Shown here piece after piece: positions 1 through 9,461 of a stretch of DNA of 45,318 bases. The stretch's first letter is position 1. Each line of letters begins with the position of its first letter. A program made the position numbers and the translations under genes. Source of the stretch: Desulfobacterales bacterium (lineage in GTDB: Bacteria > Desulfobacterota > Desulfobacteria > Desulfobacterales > ETH-SRB1); assembly GCA_030611985.1 (NCBI GenBank), contig JAUWOS010000002.1:1-45318 (forward strand). Direction: 5' to 3'. The notes under the pieces were generated by a model. That model was given only the letters and a program-made list of their open reading frames with translations. It did no database searches and was not told where the DNA came from.

Positions 1-34
1 AGTCCTCTGCGTCTACCAGTTTCACCACCCCGGC
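1..34 (-). tRNA. 5' part of a long-arm (class II, Leu-like) tRNA; the rest lies left of the window
   Basis: The reverse complement of 1-34 reads GCCGGGG TG GTG AAACTGGTAGA CGC AGAGGACT. This gives a 7-nt acceptor strand, a 3-bp D stem and a GGTAGA D loop, as in bacterial tRNA-Leu. The anticodon is outside the window, so identity is unproven. Confidence 0.5.
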
Positions 35-65
35 ATAAATTAGCGCCCTATCGGGCGAACTTTTT

Positions 66-190
66 TTCACTCATTCCGTGACTCTGCCACGGCAATGCCT
101 TGCCGAGGCCCTGCTTCATATAAATACAGCCACTTTATGAGGCAAAGCCTCAAGAAATGCATTCCCAGACAAAACCTGGAAACGAGTGAA
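66..190 (+). repeat. Dispersed repeat family D, copy 1 (MITE-like, inverted termini)
   Basis: The termini TTCACTCATTCC ... GGAAACGAGTGAA are inverted repeats. The whole element recurs at 38426-38533 with the shared core GTGACTCTGCCACGG..ATGCCTTGC...ATGCATTCCCAG.CA.A.CCTGG.AACGAGTGAA. Confidence 0.7.
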
Positions 191-270
191 AAAATTTCTA
201 TGATCATAAATTTAATTTTTTGATTATATGTAGATTAACGTCAATTGTCAAAGAAAAAATACTATAATTT

Positions 271-290
271 AGGAACGTGAACGAAATAAA
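271..290 (+). repeat. Degenerate copy of the 24-nt R1 core (family A)
   Basis: AGGAACGTGAACGAAATAAA compared with the consensus AGGAACGTGGACGAAATAACTTCC seen at more than 10 other loci. Confidence 0.4.
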
Positions 291-385
291 GGATGTCGAA
301 TACTCATTGACATTTTGTTGTTATTATGAAATGTCAGCACGCAGTCAGTGAATTGCTTTTACGGGATACTTGAAGCAAATTAAAG

Positions 386-454
386 GCTACCAACGTAAGG
401 CGGGATAATCTGTAAATTCAATCAGTTGACAACCCTTTAGCTTTTGCTTGATTG
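386..454 (-). repeat. Family A 'module F' in reverse orientation
   Basis: The reverse complement CAATCAAGCAAAAGCTAAAGGGTTGTCAACTGATTGAATTTAC...GTTGGTAGC matches 21156-21209 (CAATCAAGCAAAATCTGAGGGATTACCAACTGATTGAATTTACGTTGGTAAGCC), apart from a ~17-nt insertion. Confidence 0.5.
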
Positions 455-620
455 TGAAATTGCCATAGAACCAAAATAGCGTAAAGCGTCCCGCTTTAAA
501 TTGGTGGCCCTTGAAGCAAATTAAATCAAAAAATATTCGTCCACATTCCTTACCTCATTAACCTGTTGATTAAGTTCTCTAAAATCTCTTATTTTCACCC
601 CTTTTCAATGCTGATGGCTA

Positions 621-1013
621 ATGGCACAGGTTGAAAACATTTGGGCAATACTTGATCATATGAAGATATCTGAAATAAAGGATGTATTAAAAGTAACAAT
701 ACTCGCAGGAGATGATCAGCTTGATAAAACAATAGTTGCCGCCGGAAGCGCAGACTTGATGTATGACATCTTTTCCTCAGCGGCTGAAGGGTCTGTCCTG
801 CTTACAGGTATCACTACTGAACAAACTATCCGGGCAGCTAAAGTTTCCGGAGTGGCAGTAATCGTTTTTGTAAGAGGAAATAAACCAAAAGAAGATGTTT
901 TGGATTTGGCTCGATCCTACAACCTGCCGATTCTGCTGACCCATTATTCCATGTTCGTAGCAAGCGGACGTCTCTATATAAGCGGATTAAGAGGGCTTGA
1001 CGGATCGTGGTAA
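621..1013 (+). CDS. DRTGG-domain protein
   Basis: 130-aa ORF. The VLLTG ... GVAVIVFVRG ... LPILLT layout resembles stand-alone DRTGG domains. Assignment is by eye only. Confidence 0.55.
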   Translation: MAQVENIWAILDHMKISEIKDVLKVTILAGDDQLDKTIVAAGSADLMYDIFSSAAEGSVLLTGITTEQTIRAAKVSGVAVIVFVRGNKPKEDVLDLARSYNLPILLTHYSMFVASGRLYISGLRGLDGSW

Positions 1014-1056
1014 GAGGAATGTCGGATCAGGACTCGCTTCAAGCAAGGAGTATATA

Positions 1057-2355
1057 ATGACTTATAATGCGTATTCCGATAATGCACATTCCTGCAGAAA
1101 ACAAAACATAGGATTTGTTTCGACCCGCATTGCAGGAACAGATGGCGTTTCTCTGGAAACAGCAAAATGGGCTGATGTTTTTAAAAAGGAAGGATTTAAC
1201 TGCTTTTACTTTGCCGGCAAACTTGAACAACCTCCTGAATATTCATATCTTGTAGAAGAAGCCCACTTCAAACACCCTGACATCAAATATATTCATCAAA
1301 ACTGCTTTGGAGTCTACACACGATTACGCTCCACAACGAAAAAGATTCATAAAGTTTGTCAAAAAATAAAGGATCATCTTTATAGATTCATCGAAAAATT
1401 CAATATTGAGCTTTTAGTTCCCGAAAATGCTCTGTCAATACCACTTAATATTCCTCTTGGCATTGCCATTACAGAAGTAATATCAGAAACCGGAATACCT
1501 GTAATAGCTCACCATCACGATTTTTTCTGGGAACGGCAGAATCTCATGGCTAACGCTGTCTGGGAATACATCAACATGGCCTTTCCACCTCATCTGCCAT
1601 CAATTCGGCATGTGGTAATCAATTCATCCGCCGGCAACCAATTAAGTCTCAGAACAGGCATTTCAGCAACTATCATCCCAAATGTAATGGACTTCGACAA
1701 TCCGCCGGTCCCTCTTGATGATTATGCCTCTGATGTGCGAGAAGCCCTTGGAATCAAAGATGATGAGCTTTTTATTCTCCAGCCTACAAGGGTTGTAGAA
1801 CGTAAAGGAATTGAACATGCAATAGAACTTATCAGCATGTTGGGAGTAAAAGCCAAACTCGTTATTTCACATGCTTCCGGTGATGAAGGCTATGATTACG
1901 AACAGAGACTGAAGAAATATTCAAAGTTGATGAATGTTGACGCAATTTTTGTTTCAGATATTATCAATGAACATAGAGGATATACTAAAGCAGGAAAAAA
2001 AATCTACAACCTTAATGATATTTATCCATATGCCGACCTTGTCACTTATCCTTCCTATGTCGAGGGTTTCGGCAATGCTTTTCTTGAAGCAATATATTTT
2101 CGCAAACCGATAGTAGTAAACACTTATGCGATTTATACAATGGATATCAAACCAAAAGGATTTTCCGCAATAGAAATTAACGGATATGTAACGGAAAAAG
2201 TGGTTCGCAAGACAAGAAAAGTTCTATCGGATCCGGAATATTGCAATAAAATGGTTACTTGCAACTATGAAGTAGCCAAACGTTACTATTCTTATTCCGT
2301 TCTTGATCAAAAACTTAAAAGTCTTATTTTAGACTGCACAGCTTACAAAGACTGA
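1057..2355 (+). CDS. GT4-family (group 1) glycosyltransferase
   Basis: The ORF spans 997-2355. I prefer the ATG at 1057, which follows AAGGAG (1045-1050) and is in frame. The C-terminal half carries GT-B / Glycos_transf_1-like motifs (ILQPTRVVERKGIE ... YPSYVEGFGNAFLEA). Confidence 0.7.
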   Translation: MTYNAYSDNAHSCRKQNIGFVSTRIAGTDGVSLETAKWADVFKKEGFNCFYFAGKLEQPPEYSYLVEEAHFKHPDIKYIHQNCFGVYTRLRSTTKKIHKVCQKIKDHLYRFIEKFNIELLVPENALSIPLNIPLGIAITEVISETGIPVIAHHHDFFWERQNLMANAVWEYINMAFPPHLPSIRHVVINSSAGNQLSLRTGISATIIPNVMDFDNPPVPLDDYASDVREALGIKDDELFILQPTRVVERKGIEHAIELISMLGVKAKLVISHASGDEGYDYEQRLKKYSKLMNVDAIFVSDIINEHRGYTKAGKKIYNLNDIYPYADLVTYPSYVEGFGNAFLEAIYFRKPIVVNTYAIYTMDIKPKGFSAIEINGYVTEKVVRKTRKVLSDPEYCNKMVTCNYEVAKRYYSYSVLDQKLKSLILDCTAYKD

Positions 2356-2388
2356 AATTTGACCTGAACAATAAGGAGAAGAAAAATC

Positions 2389-2607
2389 ATGACAGAGAAA
2401 GTCTTGATCTTTGGAAAAGATACCTGACCTTTTACAACTGCGGCTCGTGAAGCTTTTGCAAAAGATGGTAGAAGTGTGGAATACATCAATGTGCTGTCTG
2501 ATATTGAAGGCCTTAATACCATGATGAAATATTCTGACGGAAGACGCAATGTCCCGATCATTGTGGACCATGGCAATGTCACCATGGGATTTAACGGAAA
2601 ATCGTGA
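2389..2607 (+). CDS. Glutaredoxin/NrdH-like selenoprotein (in-frame UGA = Sec at 2425-2427); absent from the ORF track
   Basis: The ATG at 2389 follows AAGGAGA (2373-2379). Translation is MTEKVLIFGKDT-U-PFTTAAREAFAKDGRSVEYINVLSDIEGLNTMMKYSDGRRNVPIIVDHGNVTMGFNGKS. The TGA sits at the first Cys position of the Grx CPxC motif, and an RRxVP cis-Pro motif is present. The stop is TGA at 2605-2607. Confidence 0.6.
2429..2464 (+). promoter_or_regulatory. Candidate bacterial SECIS stem-loop
   Basis: It begins 2 nt after UGA 2425-2427. 2429-2437 pairs with 2456-2464 (9 positions, one A:C mismatch). The upper stem is 2442-2445/2451-2454 (one G:U), and the apical loop CGUGA lies about 19-23 nt from the UGA. 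Folded by hand only. Confidence 0.35.
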
Positions 2608-2652
2608 GGCGTATAAATAAAACCGGCTGTATGTCGGTAAAAATAAAAGCAA

Positions 2653-2686
2653 CCCGTTCACAGGTTCTCCCCGTGAACGTGAACGA
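2653..2686 (-). repeat. Solo end-fragment of repeat family B plus a hairpin
   Basis: GTTCTCCCCGTGAACG (2664-2679) equals the reverse complement of the B1 left end (15858-15873). CGTTCAC (2655-2661) pairs with GTGAACG (2673-2679). It may act as a terminator for the selenoprotein gene. Confidence 0.4.
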
Positions 2687-2695
2687 ATTATATTT

Positions 2696-3346
2696 ATGGA
2701 AAAACAATTTCTTATTGATGACTTTAAGGCAGGAGAGGCATGGCGTTTGTTCAAAATTATGGGTGAATTCGTTGAAGGTATTGAAATTCTCCATGACGTA
2801 GGACCTGCTGTCAGCATCTTCGGGTCATCCAGAATTAAACCTGATGATCCGATTTATAAAAAAACTGAAGAAATAGCTGCTCTTTTTGTAAAGAACAATT
2901 TCGCCGTAATAACCGGTGGCGGTGGCGGAGTCATGGAAGCGGCCAACAAAGGCGCTTCAAAGGCAGGAGGAGCTTCTATCGGTCTGAATATTACCCTTCC
3001 GTTTGAGCAAAAACCAAATCAATATTCAAATATTAAGCTTGAATTTAAATACTTCTTTATACGCAAGGTAATGTTTGTCAAATATGCCACCGCCTATATT
3101 ATAATGCCGGGCGGTTTTGGGACTCTGGATGAATTTTTTGAAGCAGTTACACTTATTCAAACCCACCGCATAAAACCATTTCCTGTAATCCTGGTAGGTT
3201 CTGATTATTGGTCCGGACTTATAGAATGGATTAAATCACGCTTGCTCGTCGAAAAACTGATATCATCTGAAGATGTTGATATCTTGCAGATTATGGATGA
3301 ACCTGAAGAAATCGTGAATGCTGTAAAAAAAGTGGTTACAATCTGA
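2696..3346 (+). CDS. LOG-family / TIGR00730 Rossmann-fold nucleotide-binding protein
   Basis: Carries the signature motifs ITGGGGGVMEAANKGA and PGGFGTLDEFFE. Confidence 0.85.
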   Translation: MEKQFLIDDFKAGEAWRLFKIMGEFVEGIEILHDVGPAVSIFGSSRIKPDDPIYKKTEEIAALFVKNNFAVITGGGGGVMEAANKGASKAGGASIGLNITLPFEQKPNQYSNIKLEFKYFFIRKVMFVKYATAYIIMPGGFGTLDEFFEAVTLIQTHRIKPFPVILVGSDYWSGLIEWIKSRLLVEKLISSEDVDILQIMDEPEEIVNAVKKVVTI

Positions 3347-3354
3347 TACATTTT

Positions 3355-3498
3355 GGGTAGTCCCTACAAAACAGTGCAGGTTTGGAAATACCGTCCCATA
3401 TTGCTTTGTAACCACCTGATTTTTCGCTATGTGCTGCCAGAAGCTATAACATGTAACATGTTGAAATTATTGACCTGCACTGTTTTGTAGGGACTACC
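3355..3498 (+). mobile_element. MITE family C, copy 1
   Basis: It has a perfect 25-bp terminal inverted repeat: GGTAGTCCCTACAAAACAGTGCAGG (3356-3380) against 3474-3498. The internal sequence matches the copy at 15627-15782 in the opposite orientation. Confidence 0.8.
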
Positions 3499-3508
3499 TG
3501 CATTTTGC

Positions 3509-4474
3509 ATGTTTGACTCTGGAAGGAATAGATGTATGAGGGAAGAAGAAAATAATCAAGATTTGTATTACGAAGAAGACGAAATTAATCTTTTGGATCT
3601 ATTTATTGTCCTGCTGAAGCACAAGTGGATGATATTTTCAGTTGTCTTTATCGCGGGCGTGGTTGCGGTTGTGGCCAGCCTGCTTATGACCGATATATAC
3701 CGTTCCGAATGCACCATCGCCCCTATCGAGCAGGAACAGACTTCCATGAGCAGCCGTCTGTCTGCCCTGGGTGGGTTCGGCGCCATGGTTGCGTCTCAAG
3801 TTGGCATCGGAGGGGCAGGGTCCCTGGAAAAGTTTGAGATTGTTCTTAAAAGCCGCGAGATGACCAAACAAGTAGTTGAAAAGCATAAACTTATGCAGGT
3901 TATCTTTAAGGATTCCTGGGATAAAAAAACAAAAACATGGAAGACCGAAGAACCACCCACCCTTCAGGATGCTTATGAGGCTGTGCAGGGGATGCTGGAG
4001 ATTAAACCGGACAAAAAAAATGGCGTCATGAAATTGGGGGTTCTCTTTCCCGATCCGGCAGTGGCTCAAAAGCTGCTTAATTATTATGTAAACGGCATGA
4101 GTGAATTTCTACGACACCAGTCGCTTGAAAACGTTGCAATACAGAGTAAGGCGCTTCAGGGGCAGCTTGTAACTGCAACCGATCCGCTTCTAAGGGCAAA
4201 GCTGGCCGAGATAATAGCGCAGTACGTGGAGAAAGAAACCCTGGCGAAGGTCCAGAAATACTATGGCTTTAATGTCATTGATCCTCCGTTTATTCCAGAA
4301 AAGAAGTTCAAACCCAAACGATCACAGATATGCATCCTGTCCGTCATAGTTGCCTTTTTCATGGCCATATTTCTCGCATTTATTATGGAATATGTTGGCA
4401 ATTTAAAGAAAAATGAAGACCCCGAACGGTTTGAGAAGCTAAAGAAATATATAAAACTGCGAAACAAAAAATAA
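3509..4474 (+). CDS. Wzz-type polysaccharide chain-length determinant (PCP without a kinase domain)
   Basis: The N-terminal Wzz motif is EDEINLLDLFIVLLKHKWMIFSVVFIAGVVAV (TM1). A C-terminal TM is ICILSVIVAFFMAIFLAFIMEYV. The start could instead be the ATG at 3536. Confidence 0.7.
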   Translation: MFDSGRNRCMREEENNQDLYYEEDEINLLDLFIVLLKHKWMIFSVVFIAGVVAVVASLLMTDIYRSECTIAPIEQEQTSMSSRLSALGGFGAMVASQVGIGGAGSLEKFEIVLKSREMTKQVVEKHKLMQVIFKDSWDKKTKTWKTEEPPTLQDAYEAVQGMLEIKPDKKNGVMKLGVLFPDPAVAQKLLNYYVNGMSEFLRHQSLENVAIQSKALQGQLVTATDPLLRAKLAEIIAQYVEKETLAKVQKYYGFNVIDPPFIPEKKFKPKRSQICILSVIVAFFMAIFLAFIMEYVGNLKKNEDPERFEKLKKYIKLRNKK

Positions 4475-4489
4475 CAGAGGTTAAAATCT

Positions 4490-7282
4490 ATGAGAAAGTC
4501 TGTTCTTTTATTGATCCTTATCCTGAGTCTGATTTTGGCGGCAAGTCCATCTTTTTCCCTGGATGTAAATGTGCAAAATTATCTAAAAAACCATCCTGAT
4601 GCAAAAAAATATGTATCTCCCGAGGGCAAGCCGACACCTGAAGGAGAAAAACTTCTTAAGACCCGCCAGAAGGAAGGCGCAATTACTTCAGCAGAAGTAA
4701 AAGAGGGGTTGGAAAAGCTTAGGGAAAAAGAAAAAGTACAGGAAGCGGTTTTGCCTGAAGAAACCTTGCGCCCGGAGGAAGTAAAGGAAGAAGCTGAGAT
4801 CTCAGAACCGAAAATATCGAAGGCATTCTCGGTTGATCTCCCAATTTTCGGTCAGCAGCTCTTTTCCGCCGGTCCAGCGTCTTTCACCCCACCATCAAAT
4901 ATGCCTGTGTCTACGGATTACATTATCGGCCCCGACGATAATATCGTCGTACAGCTCTGGGGGAGGATCAATGAGCAGTACACCCTTACCGTGCAGAGAG
5001 ACGGGATCATTCAGTTTCCCCAGATAGGCGCCATGCAGGTAGCCGGTCTTACCTATAAGCAGTTGCAGGATCGGATAAAGCGTGAAGCGGAAGCGATCAC
5101 AGGTGTAAACGTTAACGTCACTATGGGAAAACTGAGGAGCATAACAATTTTCGTGGTGGGCTCCGCTAAAAAACCGGGCGCCTATATGGTCAGCGCCTTT
5201 GATACCATTCTGAATGCCCTGATCTATGCCAGGGGGCCCAACGAACTCGGTTCCATGAGAAATATTGAGCTGAAAAGACATAACAAACTAATAACGACCT
5301 TCGACCTTTACGACCTTATTCTGAAGGGAGACAATTCAAAGGATGTGAGGCTGGAGCCGGGGGATATTGTATTTGTTCCCAGGGCTGAGATAGTTGTGGC
5401 CATAGGTGGCAATGTGAAGGTGCCGGCAGTCTATGAACTTAAGAAAGAAAAAAGCCTGCTGAATGCACTGGAACTCTCTGGCGGCATCAAACCTTCCGCA
5501 TATTCCGAGCAGATACAGATCCAGCGATACTTTGAAAACAGAGAAAGAATTATCCTTGATATGTCTCTTGATGAATTAAAAATGCAGAAGAAACCCTTTG
5601 AACTTCGGGACGGAGATGTTGTAAGAATATTTCCTGTCGTCAAGGAAGACGCAAATGCGGTATATCTGTTTGGAAATGTAATGCGATCCGGAAAGTACGA
5701 ATACTCTCCGGGGATGAGAATTACGGATGTCATAAAGGTAGCAGAGGATCTCAAGCCAGAGACATATTTTTTATATGCTTTGATCAAAAGATATAAGCCG
5801 CCGGAGAAACTTCGAGAGCTTGTACCCTTTAATCTTGGTGAAGTATTACTTAAACAAGGCTCCAAAGAAAATATCTTGCTCCAGCCTCTTGACGAAATCT
5901 TTGTCTTTAACAAATGGACATTTGAAGACAAACCTTATGTGTCGGTTACAGGCGAGGTGAGGAGACCTGATTCGTACCCATGTGACCAAGGCATGCGGGT
6001 CAAGGATGCAGTATTAGTTTCGGGAGATTTGACGAAGGATGCCTATCTCAAGAAGGGTGAAATAATTAGGGTAAATGAGAAAAAAGATTTCAGTACAATC
6101 TATTTTAACGTTGCAAAAGCCATGGCAGATGAGCCGGAGGAGAATCTTCTTCTCCAGGATCAGGACAGGATCGTTATCCATTCCATCTGGGAGGAGGTAA
6201 GCAAGAAGCTGGTTTACATCGACGGCAATGTAAAAAACCCGGGGGAATATCAGTACACAGAACATATGACAGTGAAGGATCTTGTCTTTAAAGCAGGCAA
6301 TATCCTTGAGTCTGCCTATGTCGATGAAGCGGAGATCAGCTCTCTGATTACAAAGGACAGAAAAATTTCAAGTGTGGAGAGGAAAACTATCAATCTCGGA
6401 AAGGCTCTGGAGGAAGATCCGGTCCATAACGTGAGGTTGAGACCCAACGATAGATTGTACGTCAAGCGTATACCCGACTGGCAAGAAGCAAAGTATGTAT
6501 CTGTTTCGGGAGAATTCAGATTTCCCGGAAGATATATCATCAAAAAAGGTGAAAGGCTTTCATCGCTTATTGCGAGAGCGGGCGGATACACTGATGATGC
6601 TTATTTGAGAGGGGCCGTATTTACAAGAGAAAGTGTAAGGGTGCTTCAGCAAACAAGCCTTAATGAAATGGCAAAGCGTATGGAAAGGGACATAATGTCC
6701 AGCGGGTCTGCGTCGATAGCAACGGCCGTGTCCACAGAGGAGATTGAAGCAACAAAGGGAGAGCTGGAACAGAAAATGAAATTTGTACAGTCCCTGTATG
6801 AATTAAAGGCGACGGGCAGGATGACAATCATAATTGCCCACCACAGACTTTTAAAGGGGAGTAATTACGATATTATGCTTGAAGATGGGGATAGCCTGAC
6901 AATTCCCATAAAAAACGATGTAGTTAGTGTAGTGGGATCTGTCATGTCCCACGGCAGTTATATATATTCCGATGACCTGAAGTATCAGCACTACATCGCA
7001 ATGACCGGTGGTTATTCGGAATATGCTGATGAAGATAACGTATTTGTGCTTAAGGTTGACGGTAGTGCCAGGAAGATCAAAGACCTCATCAGTTGGAATC
7101 CCTTTAAATCGAGATGGGAAATAACTGCGTTTGGCGAAAAAGTCAAAGAAATTGAACCAGGTGATACCATAATAGTGCCCGAAGAGGTTAGCCGTATTGC
7201 CTGGCTGAGAGAGATTAAGGATACTACGCAGATTCTTATGCAGATTGCGGTGACCACAGCCATTACGAAAACCCTCTTCTAA
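4490..7282 (+). CDS. Large polysaccharide export protein (Wza-like Poly_export domain plus several SLBB repeats)
   Basis: It has a signal peptide, the motif YIIGPDDNIVVQLWG ... DGIIQFPQIG, and repeated (D/G)GD.(I/V).VP SLBB-like units. At 930 aa it is far longer than classical Wza. Confidence 0.8.
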   Translation: MRKSVLLLILILSLILAASPSFSLDVNVQNYLKNHPDAKKYVSPEGKPTPEGEKLLKTRQKEGAITSAEVKEGLEKLREKEKVQEAVLPEETLRPEEVKEEAEISEPKISKAFSVDLPIFGQQLFSAGPASFTPPSNMPVSTDYIIGPDDNIVVQLWGRINEQYTLTVQRDGIIQFPQIGAMQVAGLTYKQLQDRIKREAEAITGVNVNVTMGKLRSITIFVVGSAKKPGAYMVSAFDTILNALIYARGPNELGSMRNIELKRHNKLITTFDLYDLILKGDNSKDVRLEPGDIVFVPRAEIVVAIGGNVKVPAVYELKKEKSLLNALELSGGIKPSAYSEQIQIQRYFENRERIILDMSLDELKMQKKPFELRDGDVVRIFPVVKEDANAVYLFGNVMRSGKYEYSPGMRITDVIKVAEDLKPETYFLYALIKRYKPPEKLRELVPFNLGEVLLKQGSKENILLQPLDEIFVFNKWTFEDKPYVSVTGEVRRPDSYPCDQGMRVKDAVLVSGDLTKDAYLKKGEIIRVNEKKDFSTIYFNVAKAMADEPEENLLLQDQDRIVIHSIWEEVSKKLVYIDGNVKNPGEYQYTEHMTVKDLVFKAGNILESAYVDEAEISSLITKDRKISSVERKTINLGKALEEDPVHNVRLRPNDRLYVKRIPDWQEAKYVSVSGEFRFPGRYIIKKGERLSSLIARAGGYTDDAYLRGAVFTRESVRVLQQTSLNEMAKRMERDIMSSGSASIATAVSTEEIEATKGELEQKMKFVQSLYELKATGRMTIIIAHHRLLKGSNYDIMLEDGDSLTIPIKNDVVSVVGSVMSHGSYIYSDDLKYQHYIAMTGGYSEYADEDNVFVLKVDGSARKIKDLISWNPFKSRWEITAFGEKVKEIEPGDTIIVPEEVSRIAWLREIKDTTQILMQIAVTTAITKTLF

Positions 7283-7326
7283 GGTTTTTCATCGCTTATT
7301 GAGCACTAACTGGGAGATGCCATAAT

Positions 7327-9390
7327 TTGCGCTTTAAAATAGTTATCCTTTTTGTATCTATTCTTTTTTTTACATTCTTTTCATATATGCCGCGATCCTT
7401 TTCCGGTGATGAGCCCTTTACTGGCCCTTCAAACTGGGGCGGCACAGGAATCATGGAAACACCGACCGCTCGGGTAATGAAGGAGGGCGAATACAGAGTA
7501 GGAATCAGCAACATAGATCCCTACTGGCACTATTATGGAGCTGTTAGCCCCCTGAAGGGGCTGGAGATAGACGGAAGAATAACAAAGGTAGAAGGGATAC
7601 CGGCATTAACTGCTGATTACGGAGATACCAAAGATAAGGCAATAGATTTAAAATATCAGTTTTGTGAGGAAGGCAAGTACATGCCGGCTCTTGCCTTAGG
7701 GATTATGGATTTCCACGGAACAAGACTATATGCGTCACAGTATATCGTAGCGAGCAAACAGATTTATCCTTTTGACTTTACGATAGGTTTCGGCAATGGA
7801 AGATATGGTAAAAGACCTCTTCTCTCAGAACCAAAGGGGATCAAGCTTGAGATTTTCAGCGATACAGATGGCTGGCTGTCCGATTCTCAGCTTTTTTGTG
7901 GCATTCAGTTTGCTCCGTCGGAAAAATATGCTTTCATGGTCGAGTACAATCCGATTCAGTACCACAAACAGAATGATCCTGCCCGAAAAAAATACTTTCA
8001 AGACCCTGTTCCTTCTAAATTTAATTTCGGTTTTCGATGGAAGCCGTTTAAATGGTCCGAGATTGACCTGAGCTACCAGAGGGGGAATCAGCTCGGAATT
8101 AATTTTTCCACGGCCTTTGATATGAAAAAGCCCTTTATTCCTATTTACGACCATCCTTACAGAGAGAGACAGATTTATATGTCGGATCCCCTGCACGACA
8201 GGATTGTAAGAGCGTTATACTCTTCCGGATTCAGTGATATTGGAGTTGAAGAAACAGGAGATGAGTTGTGGGTTGATGCTCAGAATGACAAATATTATTA
8301 CAGCTCGAGAGCAATCGACGTTGCCCTTTCAATACTTGCCGATATGGCGCCTGAAAATATTCGTGAAATTCATCTTATCCTCAAGACAAACGGCATCCCG
8401 ATTGTTGAACTTGTGACAATAAAAGAAGACATGGTTGATCTGTTTTGCGAAAAATTAACCCCAAATGAATTTCTCTACTTATCTGAAATCAATACCGATG
8501 TTATTAAGACGCCAGACAGTAAAAAGATACACAGGAAATATTTTGATTATGGCATAAAACCGTCATTCCAGACATTCCTGAACGATCCATCCGGGTTTTT
8601 TAAATACAGACTGGGTGTCTCGGGATGGTCTGGTTTTCACCCGTGGAAGGGGGCATCCTTTGTGGCAGGAATTGAAGGTTATCCTGTCAATACTGTTTCA
8701 ACAACGAATAAACCATTATCCATCCCTGTCAGGTCTGATGTTGTATCTTATCAGAAAAAAAATGTTGTCCTGGAAAGACTGATGTACGACCAGATACAAA
8801 AGACAAAACACGATGTCTACATAAGGGCATCTGCCGGTCTGCTGGAAGCGCAGTATGCCGGTTTTGACGGTGAGATAGCCATGCCCCTGCTCAGTGGCAG
8901 ATTTATGGTTGGACTGGGCGGCAGCTTTGTGAAAAAAAGAGAACCGGGCGAACCATTCGGCATTAAAGATAATCCTGTAAAAGAACATTACACAACCGCA
9001 TTTTTCAATACCCGCCTGAACATACCGGAGCAGGAAATTTCGATTGATCTCAAGGCAGGGAGATTTCTGGCAGGGGATCGGGGCACAAGGATAACCATAT
9101 CGAAGTTTTTTAATGGCATCATCCTTTCCGCCTGGTACAGCAGTACAAATACGGATATATTCAGCGACGTTTATAACAGAGGATATCACGATAAGGGCAT
9201 AGCTCTTACAATTCCCTTAAGGATGTTCAAAGGTTCTGATTCCAAGACTTGTTATAAGTTTGGTATATCACCCTGGACAAGGGATGTGGCACAGGACATA
9301 GATCATTTCAATCCTTTGTTTAACTTTATTGGAAGAAATTCAAAAGTTTATCTTGACAAAGACAGGAAAAGATTTCATAGTGCAAACTAA
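7327..9390 (+). CDS. YjbH/GfcD-family outer-membrane exopolysaccharide protein
   Basis: TTG start with a signal peptide. GTGIMETPTARVMKEGEY, DKAIDLKYQ, IVASK..PFDFTIGFG and IDLSYQRGNQ align by eye with E. coli YjbH motifs (GLLQTPTARMAREGE, DKAFDLKLR, LVASK..PFDFTLGLG, VNLSYERGN). Confidence 0.8.
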   Translation: MRFKIVILFVSILFFTFFSYMPRSFSGDEPFTGPSNWGGTGIMETPTARVMKEGEYRVGISNIDPYWHYYGAVSPLKGLEIDGRITKVEGIPALTADYGDTKDKAIDLKYQFCEEGKYMPALALGIMDFHGTRLYASQYIVASKQIYPFDFTIGFGNGRYGKRPLLSEPKGIKLEIFSDTDGWLSDSQLFCGIQFAPSEKYAFMVEYNPIQYHKQNDPARKKYFQDPVPSKFNFGFRWKPFKWSEIDLSYQRGNQLGINFSTAFDMKKPFIPIYDHPYRERQIYMSDPLHDRIVRALYSSGFSDIGVEETGDELWVDAQNDKYYYSSRAIDVALSILADMAPENIREIHLILKTNGIPIVELVTIKEDMVDLFCEKLTPNEFLYLSEINTDVIKTPDSKKIHRKYFDYGIKPSFQTFLNDPSGFFKYRLGVSGWSGFHPWKGASFVAGIEGYPVNTVSTTNKPLSIPVRSDVVSYQKKNVVLERLMYDQIQKTKHDVYIRASAGLLEAQYAGFDGEIAMPLLSGRFMVGLGGSFVKKREPGEPFGIKDNPVKEHYTTAFFNTRLNIPEQEISIDLKAGRFLAGDRGTRITISKFFNGIILSAWYSSTNTDIFSDVYNRGYHDKGIALTIPLRMFKGSDSKTCYKFGISPWTRDVAQDIDHFNPLFNFIGRNSKVYLDKDRKRFHSAN

Positions 9391-9461
9391 GGATTTGCTT
9401 AAAAAATTGGGTATTGGGTAAAACTTTGTATAAAAAACTATTTGGTCATTGGAGGTGAAAT

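Noticed and set aside
997-1056. Upstream start for the glycosyltransferase (ORF listed from 997)
   Set aside because: It overlaps the preceding gene and has no RBS. The in-frame ATG at 1057 has AAGGAG at proper spacing.
2605-2616. The second TGA (2605-2607) as another Sec codon
   Set aside because: Read-through would add only two codons before a TAA. The Grx-like fold is complete at this point, so it is treated as the stop.
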